This document shows, in pieces, positions 25,620-35,045 of a DNA stretch of 64,000 nt. The first letter of the stretch is position 1, and each line of letters opens with the position of its first letter. The notes below the pieces were generated by a model. The model made no database searches, had not been told where the DNA came from, and saw nothing but the letters and a program-made list of their open reading frames with translations. Source of the stretch: a virus (Duplodnaviria; Caudoviricetes); IMG/VR virus record IMGVR_UViG_3300020187_001966; one strand, written 5' to 3'. The position numbers and the translations under genes are program-made.

Positions 25620-26335
25620 GAGACTATCTTCTCGACATCGTAAAGCATACCCGTAATGTGGGTAACATTGACGCAGTAAAGGTTACTAACGGAAGTGTTA
25701 TTGAAGCTAAAGATGACGACAACAAAGTAATTGTAAAGGCAACTTACAAAACACCACGCAGCGAATTGGCTGGGGTAATTGGATTGCCAAACTTGGATAA
25801 ACTAAACGTTATCCTTAACATTTCTGAATATACTGAGAACGCAAATATCAGTGTTGAAATGCGTGAACGTAATGGTGAAGAAGTACCATTTACTATGAAG
25901 TTTGTAAACGCAGGTGGTGATTTTAAAAATGACTTCCGCTTTATGAGCAAAGAACTTATTACACAGCGTATTCCAGAAGTACGTTTTAAAGGTGCTAATT
26001 GGGATGTAGAAGTTGCTCCACATAGTGCTAGTGTAGCACGATTTAAGATGCAAGCACAAGCAAACAGTGAAGAGAATGTCTTCATTGCGAAAACAGATGG
26101 TGATTCACTAAAGTTTTATTTTGGTGATGACAGTGGACACACTGGTAACTTTACATTTGAAGCTAGTGTATCTGGTGAGCTTAAACAAAGCTGGAAATAT
26201 CCAGTTGCTGAAGTACAAAGTGTACTAAATCTTAATGGTGATATTACTATGCGATTTAGTGATGCTGGTGCGTTAAAGATTGATGTAGACAACGGCATGG
26301 CTGTGTACGAATACATCTTCCCGGCGCAAAGCTAA
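25616..26335 (+). CDS. Sliding clamp (gp45-like)
   Basis: About 240 aa, beta-rich, ends AVYEYIFPAQ; position after the polymerase. Confidence 0.75.
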   Translation: MRDYLLDIVKHTRNVGNIDAVKVTNGSVIEAKDDDNKVIVKATYKTPRSELAGVIGLPNLDKLNVILNISEYTENANISVEMRERNGEEVPFTMKFVNAGGDFKNDFRFMSKELITQRIPEVRFKGANWDVEVAPHSASVARFKMQAQANSEENVFIAKTDGDSLKFYFGDDSGHTGNFTFEASVSGELKQSWKYPVAEVQSVLNLNGDITMRFSDAGALKIDVDNGMAVYEYIFPAQS

Positions 26336-26781
26336 TGCGAGTTGGGTTTACGTGTAGTGTATTTGATTTGCTTCATGCTGGTCATATTGCTATGTTACGT
26401 GAAGCTAAAGAGCATTGTGAATATCTAATAGTTGGGTTACAAACTGACCCAACTATTGATAGACCGGACGAAAAGAATCGTCCAGTACAAAGTTTAGTTG
26501 AAAGACATTTACAACTAAGCGCAGTCAAGTATGTAGATGAAATTATCACATATCAGACTGAACAAGATTTGATTGATATTCTAAATATGTATAATATAAA
26601 TGTACGCATGTTAGGTGATGAATATCGAGAAAAGGATTTCACTGGCAAGGAAACTTGTCGCAAACGAGGTATTGAACTTCACTTCAACAGAAGAGACCAT
26701 AGGTTTAGTACAAGTGATTTAAGGGAAAGGGTTGAAAATGCCCCCAAACATCGAACAACGGTTAAAAAGTTTAGAAAGTAA
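26335..26781 (+). CDS. Cytidylyltransferase (TagD/glycerol-3-phosphate CT-like)
   Basis: FDLLHAGHI HxGH motif; LIVGLQTDP; FSTSDLR. Confidence 0.85.
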   Translation: MRVGFTCSVFDLLHAGHIAMLREAKEHCEYLIVGLQTDPTIDRPDEKNRPVQSLVERHLQLSAVKYVDEIITYQTEQDLIDILNMYNINVRMLGDEYREKDFTGKETCRKRGIELHFNRRDHRFSTSDLRERVENAPKHRTTVKKFRK

Positions 26782-26926
26782 GCATAAAGCTCTTGACAAA
26801 CAGATAGAACAGTTGTATAAACATACTAGTGCTGAACTTAGTATTAAAAAACTTAAGAAAGAAAAACTGCTCCTAAAACAGGAGATAGTAAAACTAACTA
26901 ACCAATTAGGAGAACATAATGGTTAA
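26738..26926 (+). CDS. DUF465/YdcH-like coiled-coil protein
   Basis: RLKSLESKHKALDKQI...LKKEKLLLKQEI. Confidence 0.7.
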   Translation: MPPNIEQRLKSLESKHKALDKQIEQLYKHTSAELSIKKLKKEKLLLKQEIVKLTNQLGEHNG

Positions 26927-27095
26927 GAAGATCCGTGTAATTGAAGACTCAACAGTAGCACCTGATGAAATATCTGACGCTGCGTTCCGAACACAAGTAA
27001 TGGAACTTGCGAAAGCTGTAGATTGGAAACTTTGGGAGTTGTTGCAAACTATTCAACGCCTTGAGAAGAAAATCGACGTTTCAGATAATGACTAA
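26919..27095 (+). CDS. Hypothetical protein, 58 aa (not in ORF track)
   Basis: SD AGGAGA; MVKKIRVIEDS...KAVDWKLWELLQ; overlaps both neighbours. Confidence 0.65.
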   Translation: MVKKIRVIEDSTVAPDEISDAAFRTQVMELAKAVDWKLWELLQTIQRLEKKIDVSDND

Positions 27096-27528
27096 CCGTG
27101 AAGGTTATTATGATTATATGCTTAGGCGTATGAGAGAAGAGGATACTAAGATGAAGAAGTCAAGCACAAATATTTGGGTAACATTCCGCAAGGAAGGTTT
27201 ACACAAGTACCCAGCAGCACTAGATGACCCTAAGTTGGCAACTGGTGATGAACAAGATGTAAGTTTCCTAGGATACATACATCGACATATTTTCCACTTT
27301 AAGGTAGAACTTGAAGTATTCCATGACGATCGAGACGTTGAATTTATCCAATTCAAGAGATGGTTGGAAAGCCTCTACGCAGACGGAACTCTGCAACTCG
27401 ATTTTAAATCCTGTGAGATGATTTGTGATGATCTTGCAGATACAATTAACACAAAATATCCCAACCGCAAAATGACAATCACTATTAGTGAGGATGGGGA
27501 AAATGGAGCAACGTGTAGCTATGCATAG
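27088..27528 (+). CDS. dpdL: QueD-paralogue T-fold enzyme of DpdL type (predicted CDG decarboxylase)
   Basis: LGYIHRHIF = LxxxHRHxF signature instead of the QueD CxxxHGH; SCEMI; EDGENG. Confidence 0.7.
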   Translation: MTNREGYYDYMLRRMREEDTKMKKSSTNIWVTFRKEGLHKYPAALDDPKLATGDEQDVSFLGYIHRHIFHFKVELEVFHDDRDVEFIQFKRWLESLYADGTLQLDFKSCEMICDDLADTINTKYPNRKMTITISEDGENGATCSYA

Positions 27529-27841
27529 TTTAGGTACTAATATCCGTGAACTTCGCCAAGGGCGAGTAAGCGTTAACGACATCAAATGGGATCTTATTAA
27601 GATTATCGAACCATATGATGGTATTCTTGCAACCAATGACGGAAGTGAACGAACTGTTCGCCGTCTATTCACTACATACCTAAGTGATCTTAGATACGTG
27701 GGTCTAATTAATGACTTTAACATCTTTAGTAATATCCGTGATAACGCTATTACATATGATGTAAGCGTAAAAATGTCACAAGATCGCAGTGATAAGAAAC
27801 TAAAGATTCATGTAGGTGTGTATCAGAAACGAGCGGCATAG
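27521..27841 (+). CDS. Hypothetical protein
   Basis: ORF filling the dpdL-dpdA gap; start uncertain. Confidence 0.6.
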   Translation: MHSLGTNIRELRQGRVSVNDIKWDLIKIIEPYDGILATNDGSERTVRRLFTTYLSDLRYVGLINDFNIFSNIRDNAITYDVSVKMSQDRSDKKLKIHVGVYQKRAA

Positions 27842-27842
27842 T

Positions 27843-29357
27843 ATGACAGCAACTCGTGTAAACTTAACAGAACGTAACAAAGACTACGCAGTATTTTTGC
27901 CTAGTATTAGTACGTTCTATAATAACTTTATCGCAAAGCAACGTGCTTCTGGCAATCATATTTTGCCAGAACGTATGCCAGCAGGTTTTGAAACTGGCAT
28001 GGAAGGCATGAACTTTCTTAATGAGAAGGATGCTTACTATAGTTATAAGTGGGGGTTATACTCCGCAGGTCATGCTCAACTTAATCTAGATAAAGCTAAT
28101 GAATCAGACGCAATGGTACAAGGCCGTGATCGTGACAAAACGTTTATGCTTTGTGACAGTGGCGGCTTTCAGATTATTAAAGGTGTTATCCAGTGTGATT
28201 GGGATAACTTTAAAACTGATGACAGTTTACGTCAGAAGATCTTAAACTGGTTGGAACACACAGGTGATTACAGTATGATCCTGGATATTCCAACACTAGC
28301 GGCGGATCCTACATTTACAGAACGAACAGGTATTTCATCATTCAACGAATGTTTGGACTACACTGACTTTAATGTAAACTGGTTTAAAAAGAACCGCAAA
28401 TACCAAACAAAGTATCTTAATGTTATGCAAGGGCGCAACTGGGCTGAAGCAGAACACTGGTATGAGAAAATGAAACATCATGATCTCGAAGGCTTTGCGT
28501 TTGGTGGTAGTGCTAAGAACGACATCAACATTGTACTACGTACACTTATTAAGATGCGTGATGATCAGCAACTAGAGCGTGGCAAACGTGATGTGCTACA
28601 CTACTTGGGCATTGGTAGACTAGAATGGGCAGCGGCTTATACAGCAATCCAACGTAGTTTACGTGAGCATGTTAACGAAGATATTAATGTTATGTTTGAC
28701 TGTGCGAGTCCTTTCTTGGCAACAGCAAATGGTACAATGTATACACAGCACGTTCATAAGTCAGATCGCTTTGGTTATGTTATGGATAAAGCAATGGACA
28801 GTAAAGCACTAAGTGGAAGTAAACAAGCATTTCCGTTTGGTAGTCCAATTGGCGAACGTCTTAACTTGGGTGACATTTGTCACTACTCGCCTGGTATGCT
28901 TAATAAAGTAGGCAAAGAAGGCAAAACAAGTTGGGATAGTTTTAGTTATATGCTACTAATGTCACACAATGTATACAGTCATATTGAAAGTGTACAACGT
29001 GCTAATGCGTTAACTGACATGGTAAACGCAACAGTAAGTACAGACTACAGAAAATGGCGTAAACTTAAACCTAACAGTAAAGATGAAGTGTTTAGTCCAT
29101 ATGTTCCACGTAACATTGTGTACATGACACAGTTTATTGATCAACTGTTCCGCAGTGAGAAACCTATGACAATGCTAGACGAAGCGGCAGGTATGTTAGC
29201 TAACTTTAGTGGACAAAAACTACAAACATCAAGTGCTGGTAGTTTTAGTAACTTGTTTGAAGTTGAAGGTGCTGTTTCAGAAGAATCCAATGAGATGTCA
29301 GCTGAACAAGAAGCTGACGCAATTGACTTTTTAGAATCAATGGAGAGTACTGTATGA
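27843..29357 (+). CDS. dpdA: DNA-guanine transglycosylase, TGT/DpdA family
   Basis: DSGGFQ motif, MILDIP, LNVMQG, GFAFGG, LHYLG, MFDCASPF; neighbours folE and queE. Confidence 0.85.
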   Translation: MTATRVNLTERNKDYAVFLPSISTFYNNFIAKQRASGNHILPERMPAGFETGMEGMNFLNEKDAYYSYKWGLYSAGHAQLNLDKANESDAMVQGRDRDKTFMLCDSGGFQIIKGVIQCDWDNFKTDDSLRQKILNWLEHTGDYSMILDIPTLAADPTFTERTGISSFNECLDYTDFNVNWFKKNRKYQTKYLNVMQGRNWAEAEHWYEKMKHHDLEGFAFGGSAKNDINIVLRTLIKMRDDQQLERGKRDVLHYLGIGRLEWAAAYTAIQRSLREHVNEDINVMFDCASPFLATANGTMYTQHVHKSDRFGYVMDKAMDSKALSGSKQAFPFGSPIGERLNLGDICHYSPGMLNKVGKEGKTSWDSFSYMLLMSHNVYSHIESVQRANALTDMVNATVSTDYRKWRKLKPNSKDEVFSPYVPRNIVYMTQFIDQLFRSEKPMTMLDEAAGMLANFSGQKLQTSSAGSFSNLFEVEGAVSEESNEMSAEQEADAIDFLESMESTV

Positions 29358-30109
29358 AAATTGTAGTTGTATCTGGTGGATTTGATCCATTACATAGTGG
29401 ACATATTGCGTACTTTAAGTCAGCTAGAAAACTTGGAGACAAACTTGTAGTTGCTGTGAATTCAGATGATTGGCTTACCCGTAAAAAGGGTAGGCCATTT
29501 ATGCCTTTTCATGAACGTTGTAATATTATTGAAGAGCTAGGGTGTGTTGATCAAGTTATTGGATTTAATGACGAAGACGACACAGCATGTAACGCAATAT
29601 TTCAAATGTTATCTACTAAAACAAGAAGTGATACTGTAATCTTTGCCAATGGTGGAGATCGCACTTCAGATAATATTCCAGAAATGATTTATGACGAAGT
29701 ACAATTTGAATTTGGAGTTGGTGGAGAAGACAAAAAGAATAGTAGTAGTTGGATACTTAAAGAGTGGAGTCAGCCTACAACACAACGTGCTTGGGGTAGT
29801 TACACAGTGTTACATAATGGTCCAGGTTGGGCAGTTAAAGAGCTAGCATTTGGTACTGAAACTCCACTAAGTGATCAACGACACTTTATTCGTAGTGAAC
29901 ACTGGCATGTAGTTGAAGGCGATATTCGTATGGATTTAGAGTTTGACAATGGCGACAAATCAAGTATACTATATACATCAGGACAAAGTATCGATATTCC
30001 TGTACACACTTGGCACAAAGCAACAAACGTCGGCACCACAACAGCAAAAGTAATTGAAGTGTGGATGGGCGATGAACTTAGTGAAGATGACATTGAAAGA
30101 AGAGATTAA
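29354..30109 (+). CDS. Cytidylyltransferase fused to mannose-6-phosphate-isomerase-type cupin
   Basis: SGGFDPLHSGH, FANGGDR, KNSSSWIL; RAWGSY...SDQRH..RSEHW...IPVHTWH. Confidence 0.85.
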   Translation: MKIVVVSGGFDPLHSGHIAYFKSARKLGDKLVVAVNSDDWLTRKKGRPFMPFHERCNIIEELGCVDQVIGFNDEDDTACNAIFQMLSTKTRSDTVIFANGGDRTSDNIPEMIYDEVQFEFGVGGEDKKNSSSWILKEWSQPTTQRAWGSYTVLHNGPGWAVKELAFGTETPLSDQRHFIRSEHWHVVEGDIRMDLEFDNGDKSSILYTSGQSIDIPVHTWHKATNVGTTTAKVIEVWMGDELSEDDIERRD

Positions 30110-31170
30110 TGAAAACAATTTATATTATACCGATAGAACCGATTGACCAACGTTATTCTAAGCAATGGTATGATAACATTCCACTTATACTACAAAAAGA
30201 GATAGCTGAACGTAATTTAGATTATCATGTAGTAACAATTGATGGCGAGGACTTTAAACCTGATGTGAGAACAGAAGGTGCTTTCCTTGACTTTGGTGCT
30301 ACTAATGTATATAAGTCAACACAGACTACAGCGGTAAGTAAACTGTTTAGTAACGGTAAAGTTAAGGCAGGCGATAAGTTTCTGATAACTGATGCTTGGA
30401 ACTTTATCATTACACCTATCAAATACATGAGTGACTTACTGGACATTCCAGTAGAGATACATAGTATTTGGCATGCTGGAGCATATGATCCAAGTGACAT
30501 ACTTGGGTATAAGATGCAACCAGACTGGCCCAATCATGTTGAGAAGAGCTGGTATCATAGTAGTGATTATAATTACTATGCTACAAACTTTCACAAGGAC
30601 ATGTTTTTACGTAACTTAAATATTCCACAAGGTAATTATAATAAAGCTATACGCAGTGGGCAACCACACGAGCTTATTGTTGATAACTTAACACAATATC
30701 AAACTACACCTAAAACAAATACAGTTATGTGGCCACATCGCTATAATGATGACAAGCAACCAGAAATTGCTGAAGACTTGTCTAACGACTTTAGAATGGT
30801 CATTACACAAAAAATGAACCTTGACAAAGCTGAATATTATGCTAAGATGGGAGGGTGTAAGGCAATTTTTAGTTGTGCGTTACATGAAAACCTAGGCATT
30901 AGTGTAATGGAAGCAGTACTAACAGGTGCTATTCCAATCGTGCCGGATCGCTGTAGTTACAGCGAAATGTATCTGCCAGAGTTTAAGTATCCAAGTGAAT
31001 GGACTAAAGACTATGTAGCATACGTGGAAAATAGACCACAGCTAACAGCCTTTATTCAAGAGAAACTAGACAACTTTGATCAGTATACAAACAAACTAGA
31101 AGAACAACGTAACATTCTTATTAAAGATTATCTAAATAGTAGTGTTATGATAGACAACATACTACAATAA
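30109..31170 (+). CDS. GT-B glycosyltransferase (GT4-like)
   Basis: WPHR...KQPE; HENLGISVMEAVLTGAIPIVPDR..YSEMY. Confidence 0.8.
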   Translation: MKTIYIIPIEPIDQRYSKQWYDNIPLILQKEIAERNLDYHVVTIDGEDFKPDVRTEGAFLDFGATNVYKSTQTTAVSKLFSNGKVKAGDKFLITDAWNFIITPIKYMSDLLDIPVEIHSIWHAGAYDPSDILGYKMQPDWPNHVEKSWYHSSDYNYYATNFHKDMFLRNLNIPQGNYNKAIRSGQPHELIVDNLTQYQTTPKTNTVMWPHRYNDDKQPEIAEDLSNDFRMVITQKMNLDKAEYYAKMGGCKAIFSCALHENLGISVMEAVLTGAIPIVPDRCSYSEMYLPEFKYPSEWTKDYVAYVENRPQLTAFIQEKLDNFDQYTNKLEEQRNILIKDYLNSSVMIDNILQ

Positions 31171-31189
31171 ACGAAAAGGAACATAGTAT

Positions 31190-31882
31190 ATGAACAAGAC
31201 TTCCGATTTAGTAATTAACAGACTAAAAAAAGACGACAAACGTTATTGGGCAGGCGATAACATTAGTGACTACATCAAAGACGGTGAAAAGGATCTATTG
31301 ATTGACGAAGCTGCTGTAGCGTTTGAAAGTGTATTAGATACACTTGTAATTGATCGTCATAATGATCCCAATTCAAAAGGTACAGCAAAGCGTTTAGCTA
31401 AAATGTATTATAATGAAATAATGGCGGGTCGTTACGAACCTATGCCACCAGCAACAGCCTTTCCAAACGATTCAGCGGATCGATATGAAGGAATGTTGGT
31501 AGTACGTAGTGAGCTTAAAAGTATGTGTTCACACCATCATCAGCCAGTGGCAGGTGTAGCGTACATAGGTATTATTGCTGCAGACACACTTATTGGTTTA
31601 AGCAAGTACACACGTATTGCTCAATGGTGTGCTAGACGTGGAACACTACAAGAAGAACTAGCTACTGATATTGCTAGGGAAATCATGTCAGCAACTGGTA
31701 GTACAGACGTTGGTGTCTATATCCAAGCAACACATGGTTGTTGTGAGAATAGAGGAATAGGCGCACACAGTAGTTTAACACAAACAACTGTACTTAAAGG
31801 TAGCTTCCATAATGACCAAGGAACTAAAAAAGAGTTCATGGACAATATTAAACTACAGCAATCATTTGCTCAAGGCAAATAA
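31190..31882 (+). CDS. folE: GTP cyclohydrolase I
   Basis: SMCSHHHQP, IGLSKYTR, LQEEL, HGCCENRG. Confidence 0.93.
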   Translation: MNKTSDLVINRLKKDDKRYWAGDNISDYIKDGEKDLLIDEAAVAFESVLDTLVIDRHNDPNSKGTAKRLAKMYYNEIMAGRYEPMPPATAFPNDSADRYEGMLVVRSELKSMCSHHHQPVAGVAYIGIIAADTLIGLSKYTRIAQWCARRGTLQEELATDIAREIMSATGSTDVGVYIQATHGCCENRGIGAHSSLTQTTVLKGSFHNDQGTKKEFMDNIKLQQSFAQGK

Positions 31883-32175
31883 TGAAAACTCCAAAATATA
31901 AAAACTTTGGGTCTGAATTGAGTATCCCTGTCAGTGGTTTATCTGACAGGGAGAATCACAAATCAGGATCTGGGGGTGCGCTAAATGCTGGTTATACACC
32001 AATTGATGCCCTCGCAGAATTATGTAACAAATTAGGTCACTATGGTCTAAAATATAAAACAGATTTTTACTGGGAAGACTTCCAGTATGGTTCGCAAGGT
32101 GGACAAACAATTAGGTTGACATTCCGTTCAAAGGATGTTATGTTAACGGCAAAGATAGGATTAATAAATGATTAA
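31882..32175 (+). CDS. Hypothetical protein
   Basis: TAATG coupled to folE. Confidence 0.65.
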   Translation: MKTPKYKNFGSELSIPVSGLSDRENHKSGSGGALNAGYTPIDALAELCNKLGHYGLKYKTDFYWEDFQYGSQGGQTIRLTFRSKDVMLTAKIGLIND

Positions 32176-32674
32176 AAAACATTATTACAGTTGGACTGAC
32201 ATTGAACGCATGTGTGTTAGTATTGTTAATCAAATGTACAAGGACAACTGGCGTCCTGATTACATTGTAGGACTTACTCGTGGAGGGAATGTACCTGCTA
32301 CTATTATTAGTAACATGACAGGCATTCGTTGCGAAGCACTTAAAGTAAGTTTACGTGATGATGACAGTGAAAGCGAAAGTAACTGTTGGATGGCAGAAGA
32401 TGCTTACGATGGAAAAAACATTCTTATTGTAGACGACATTAACGATACTGGTGCTACATTTAATTGGATTATAGATGATTGGCAAGCAGGATGTTTTCCA
32501 AATGATGTCGCTGGTTGGAAATCAGCGTGGGGTCAAAATGTAAGATTTGCTACACTAACAGACAACTTAGCAAGTGAATTTAAAGGGCAGTGTGCGTACA
32601 CTTGTCATGAAATTAATAAAGCAGAAGAGGATGTGTGGTTAGTTTATCCTTGGGAAAATGTAGGAGAATACTAA
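32168..32674 (+). CDS. Type I phosphoribosyltransferase (Gpt/Hpt-like)
   Basis: IVGLTRGG; ILIVDDINDTGAT PRPP motif; WLVYPWE. Confidence 0.88.
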   Translation: MIKKHYYSWTDIERMCVSIVNQMYKDNWRPDYIVGLTRGGNVPATIISNMTGIRCEALKVSLRDDDSESESNCWMAEDAYDGKNILIVDDINDTGATFNWIIDDWQAGCFPNDVAGWKSAWGQNVRFATLTDNLASEFKGQCAYTCHEINKAEEDVWLVYPWENVGEY

Positions 32675-32856
32675 TGGGTAAAGCAGAAAAAACAGAAGAA
32701 GACGCAAGATTAGTTAAAGAGTTTTTAGCTAAAAAAGGTAACAAGATAACTGTGTTACCAGCACACGCAAGAACAGATCCAGATGATATAGTGTATACTT
32801 TTAAAGTAGGCAAGCGTGGAAGACCAGCTGCTAAGCCGCCAGCAAAAGACAAATAA
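32674..32856 (+). CDS. Small basic protein
   Basis: SD AGGAGA, start at ATG 32674; ends KRGRPAAKPPAKDK. Confidence 0.6.
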   Translation: MGKAEKTEEDARLVKEFLAKKGNKITVLPAHARTDPDDIVYTFKVGKRGRPAAKPPAKDK

Positions 32857-32857
32857 C

Positions 32858-33109
32858 ATGGCGTTTGAATGGAATAAAATACACAAGTATGAAGATAACT
32901 TTGAACGTGAAATTATTGAATCAGTAGATGAATATGTTTTCGAATACTATGGTGTAGAAGAACTAGAAGAACTTACTGACAATCAAGTTTCTGAAATTGA
33001 AACATTTGCATCAGAACTAAATGAATACAGTGTTATGCAAATAGGTATAAACAACCTAATGATGCGATATGAAGATGTAAAATACGATCGGGAGAATAAT
33101 AATGACTAA
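32858..33109 (+). CDS. Acidic hypothetical protein
   Basis: Start at ATG 32858. Confidence 0.6.
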   Translation: MAFEWNKIHKYEDNFEREIIESVDEYVFEYYGVEELEELTDNQVSEIETFASELNEYSVMQIGINNLMMRYEDVKYDRENNND

Positions 33110-33845
33110 GAAATATTTTTTACGTGGTAGCAATTATGGCGGCGAAATGACCATTGGCACAGTGACCCCAGAGTTTGTTACTTACTGGCATGAACGTGAT
33201 CAAGATGAATTACTTGATCATCTTATGGCACTTGAATCTGGAGAAGATGCTGGAGAAGAAGAAGGATTTGATCCTGATAGTCCTGACATTTTACCAGAAG
33301 GCGAATACTATAATAGTTGGTATGATATTGAAGATATCCATCACCAAACTGCTTCAAATGGAACAGAAGTTATGGTATTTCCATGTACTACTGGAGAACA
33401 TGGCGAGCCAAACTATGAGTGGGAAGACCGTATCGATATAGAGCCATATCAGTTGTATGGTAGAGAATGTTATACACAAGAAGAACCAGCAGATGGTGAA
33501 GAAGATGACAGTGTACCTGTATTAGTATTTTATAGTTCAGAAAAAGGCGACTTTGGCGGATGGACTCTTGAACTAGCTGATGATGAAGAGTTTAATAAAG
33601 ACTTGATTACTGTCAGTATTGTGGAAACAGATCATGGCGAAATGATTGAACGATTATGGTATAACAAAACAGAAATTGAGAAAGAATACGATTGGTGCGA
33701 TAGCCGAGGTAAAGGTTACTATGCTAGTGTATCTTGGTTCAACAAACGTTGGGAAGATCAGCCAATGGCTGAAGATAGCGACGAGTGGAAAGAAGCATGG
33801 GAATGGTACCAAGAAGAGCTAGACGAAAAAGAAGAATCAAAATAG
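33102..33845 (+). CDS. Highly acidic hypothetical protein
   Basis: 247 aa, D/E-rich, SD GGGAG. Confidence 0.7.
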   Translation: MTKKYFLRGSNYGGEMTIGTVTPEFVTYWHERDQDELLDHLMALESGEDAGEEEGFDPDSPDILPEGEYYNSWYDIEDIHHQTASNGTEVMVFPCTTGEHGEPNYEWEDRIDIEPYQLYGRECYTQEEPADGEEDDSVPVLVFYSSEKGDFGGWTLELADDEEFNKDLITVSIVETDHGEMIERLWYNKTEIEKEYDWCDSRGKGYYASVSWFNKRWEDQPMAEDSDEWKEAWEWYQEELDEKEESK

Positions 33846-33851
33846 TATACG

Positions 33852-33859
33852 TATAAATA
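33852..33859 (+). promoter_or_regulatory. T4-type late promoter, 5 nt before ATG (leaderless)
   Basis: Perfect TATAAATA; ATG 33865; no SD. Confidence 0.7.
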
Positions 33860-33864
33860 ATAAC

Positions 33865-34971
33865 ATGAGATATACACAGTTTAAACCAGATAACATTAAT
33901 GAAGGCGGCAATAGTTCAGGAGTACGTTACAACAGTGAAGTAGGCTTACTACATACGTTTGCTGGAGCAAAAGAATTTGATCCTAATGATGTTGCTGGAA
34001 GTTTTGACTTATCAAAATTAGAAAACCCAGAAGCTGTTGTTGCTGGAATACAAAAGTTTTTAGTACCAGATTACAATGAGAAGATTTTTTCTGCTTGGAG
34101 AAATATTGGTGAACTGTATCAATCACATATGGCTAGTAAATTGTCTACTATGCCTACTCGCTTTGGTTGGGTAGGTGGTGCTAATGCTGGACCAGTTGCT
34201 GATGTAGAATTTATTGATCATGAATGTTCTGGTATTAGTGTTAAAGATGCTGGTGGTATTACACTTAAAAATCTAACTCCAAAATCACTAGGCATTGATG
34301 GCGAATACGGTATTGACGTATTTGCGTATCATGCTGAAGAAGATTATATTAAAATGAAGCAAGCAATCTTTAATGATGTTATGGATCTTGCACAGAAAAG
34401 TCCAGACACTCGCATTGCGCCAATAACAGACAAATACGCTATTACATATCTATCGCAACAAGATAAATTTTATTGCGAAGGTAAAAACAAAGTAGAACTA
34501 TCACGCAACGATATTTTAAATTCAGTATCAAAGAATGCCAAATGGCAACGTGTTTTTGGAGATTGGTTCCAAGCTAATTGGTCCACTAAGAAACAGTATG
34601 CTGAACCACTATACTTAGATATTGCCAAAACTTTTGAGAAAGTTATTGAAAACTCATTACAAGACAGATCTAAATTAACAACAACACTAGCATTTGAAGA
34701 CAAATCGTATTTTTATGCTACGCCTAAGAGCTTATTCTTTGTCCCAAGTGTTAATGACTTAGACGATATTTCCATTAAAAATTTAAAATATGGAGCACCA
34801 GACGGTACTTCACAAAAGTACCTTGCTGAAATTGGTATGCCAGGTAGTATAGAAAATGCCGCAATTATAATATACATTCGTTATGCTAATGGCATGTTTG
34901 AAACTAACCCAACAGTCAGAATACAGAGTTTAAGGAACCCTGAGTTTATTGGCTGGCAAAAACTAGTATAA
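33865..34971 (+). CDS. Putative PD-(D/E)xK restriction-endonuclease-like protein with capsid-targeting-like N-terminus
   Basis: YNSE...WVGG.N..PVADVEF...GISVK...TLKNLT; N-terminus ...NINE|G. Confidence 0.55.
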   Translation: MRYTQFKPDNINEGGNSSGVRYNSEVGLLHTFAGAKEFDPNDVAGSFDLSKLENPEAVVAGIQKFLVPDYNEKIFSAWRNIGELYQSHMASKLSTMPTRFGWVGGANAGPVADVEFIDHECSGISVKDAGGITLKNLTPKSLGIDGEYGIDVFAYHAEEDYIKMKQAIFNDVMDLAQKSPDTRIAPITDKYAITYLSQQDKFYCEGKNKVELSRNDILNSVSKNAKWQRVFGDWFQANWSTKKQYAEPLYLDIAKTFEKVIENSLQDRSKLTTTLAFEDKSYFYATPKSLFFVPSVNDLDDISIKNLKYGAPDGTSQKYLAEIGMPGSIENAAIIIYIRYANGMFETNPTVRIQSLRNPEFIGWQKLV

Positions 34972-34978
34972 AAATATC

Positions 34979-35007
34979 TTGACAATTAAAAGTTATCGTA
35001 GTATAGT
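34979..35007 (+). promoter_or_regulatory. sigma70-type early promoter
   Basis: TTGACA-17-TATAGT. Confidence 0.85.
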
Positions 35008-35045
35008 GTTACTATACAAGGTGTCATAATGACTACAGGACAACA

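Noticed and set aside
27088-27528. Annotation as canonical QueD
   Set aside because: It lacks the catalytic CxxxHGH motif and has LxxxHRHxF instead.
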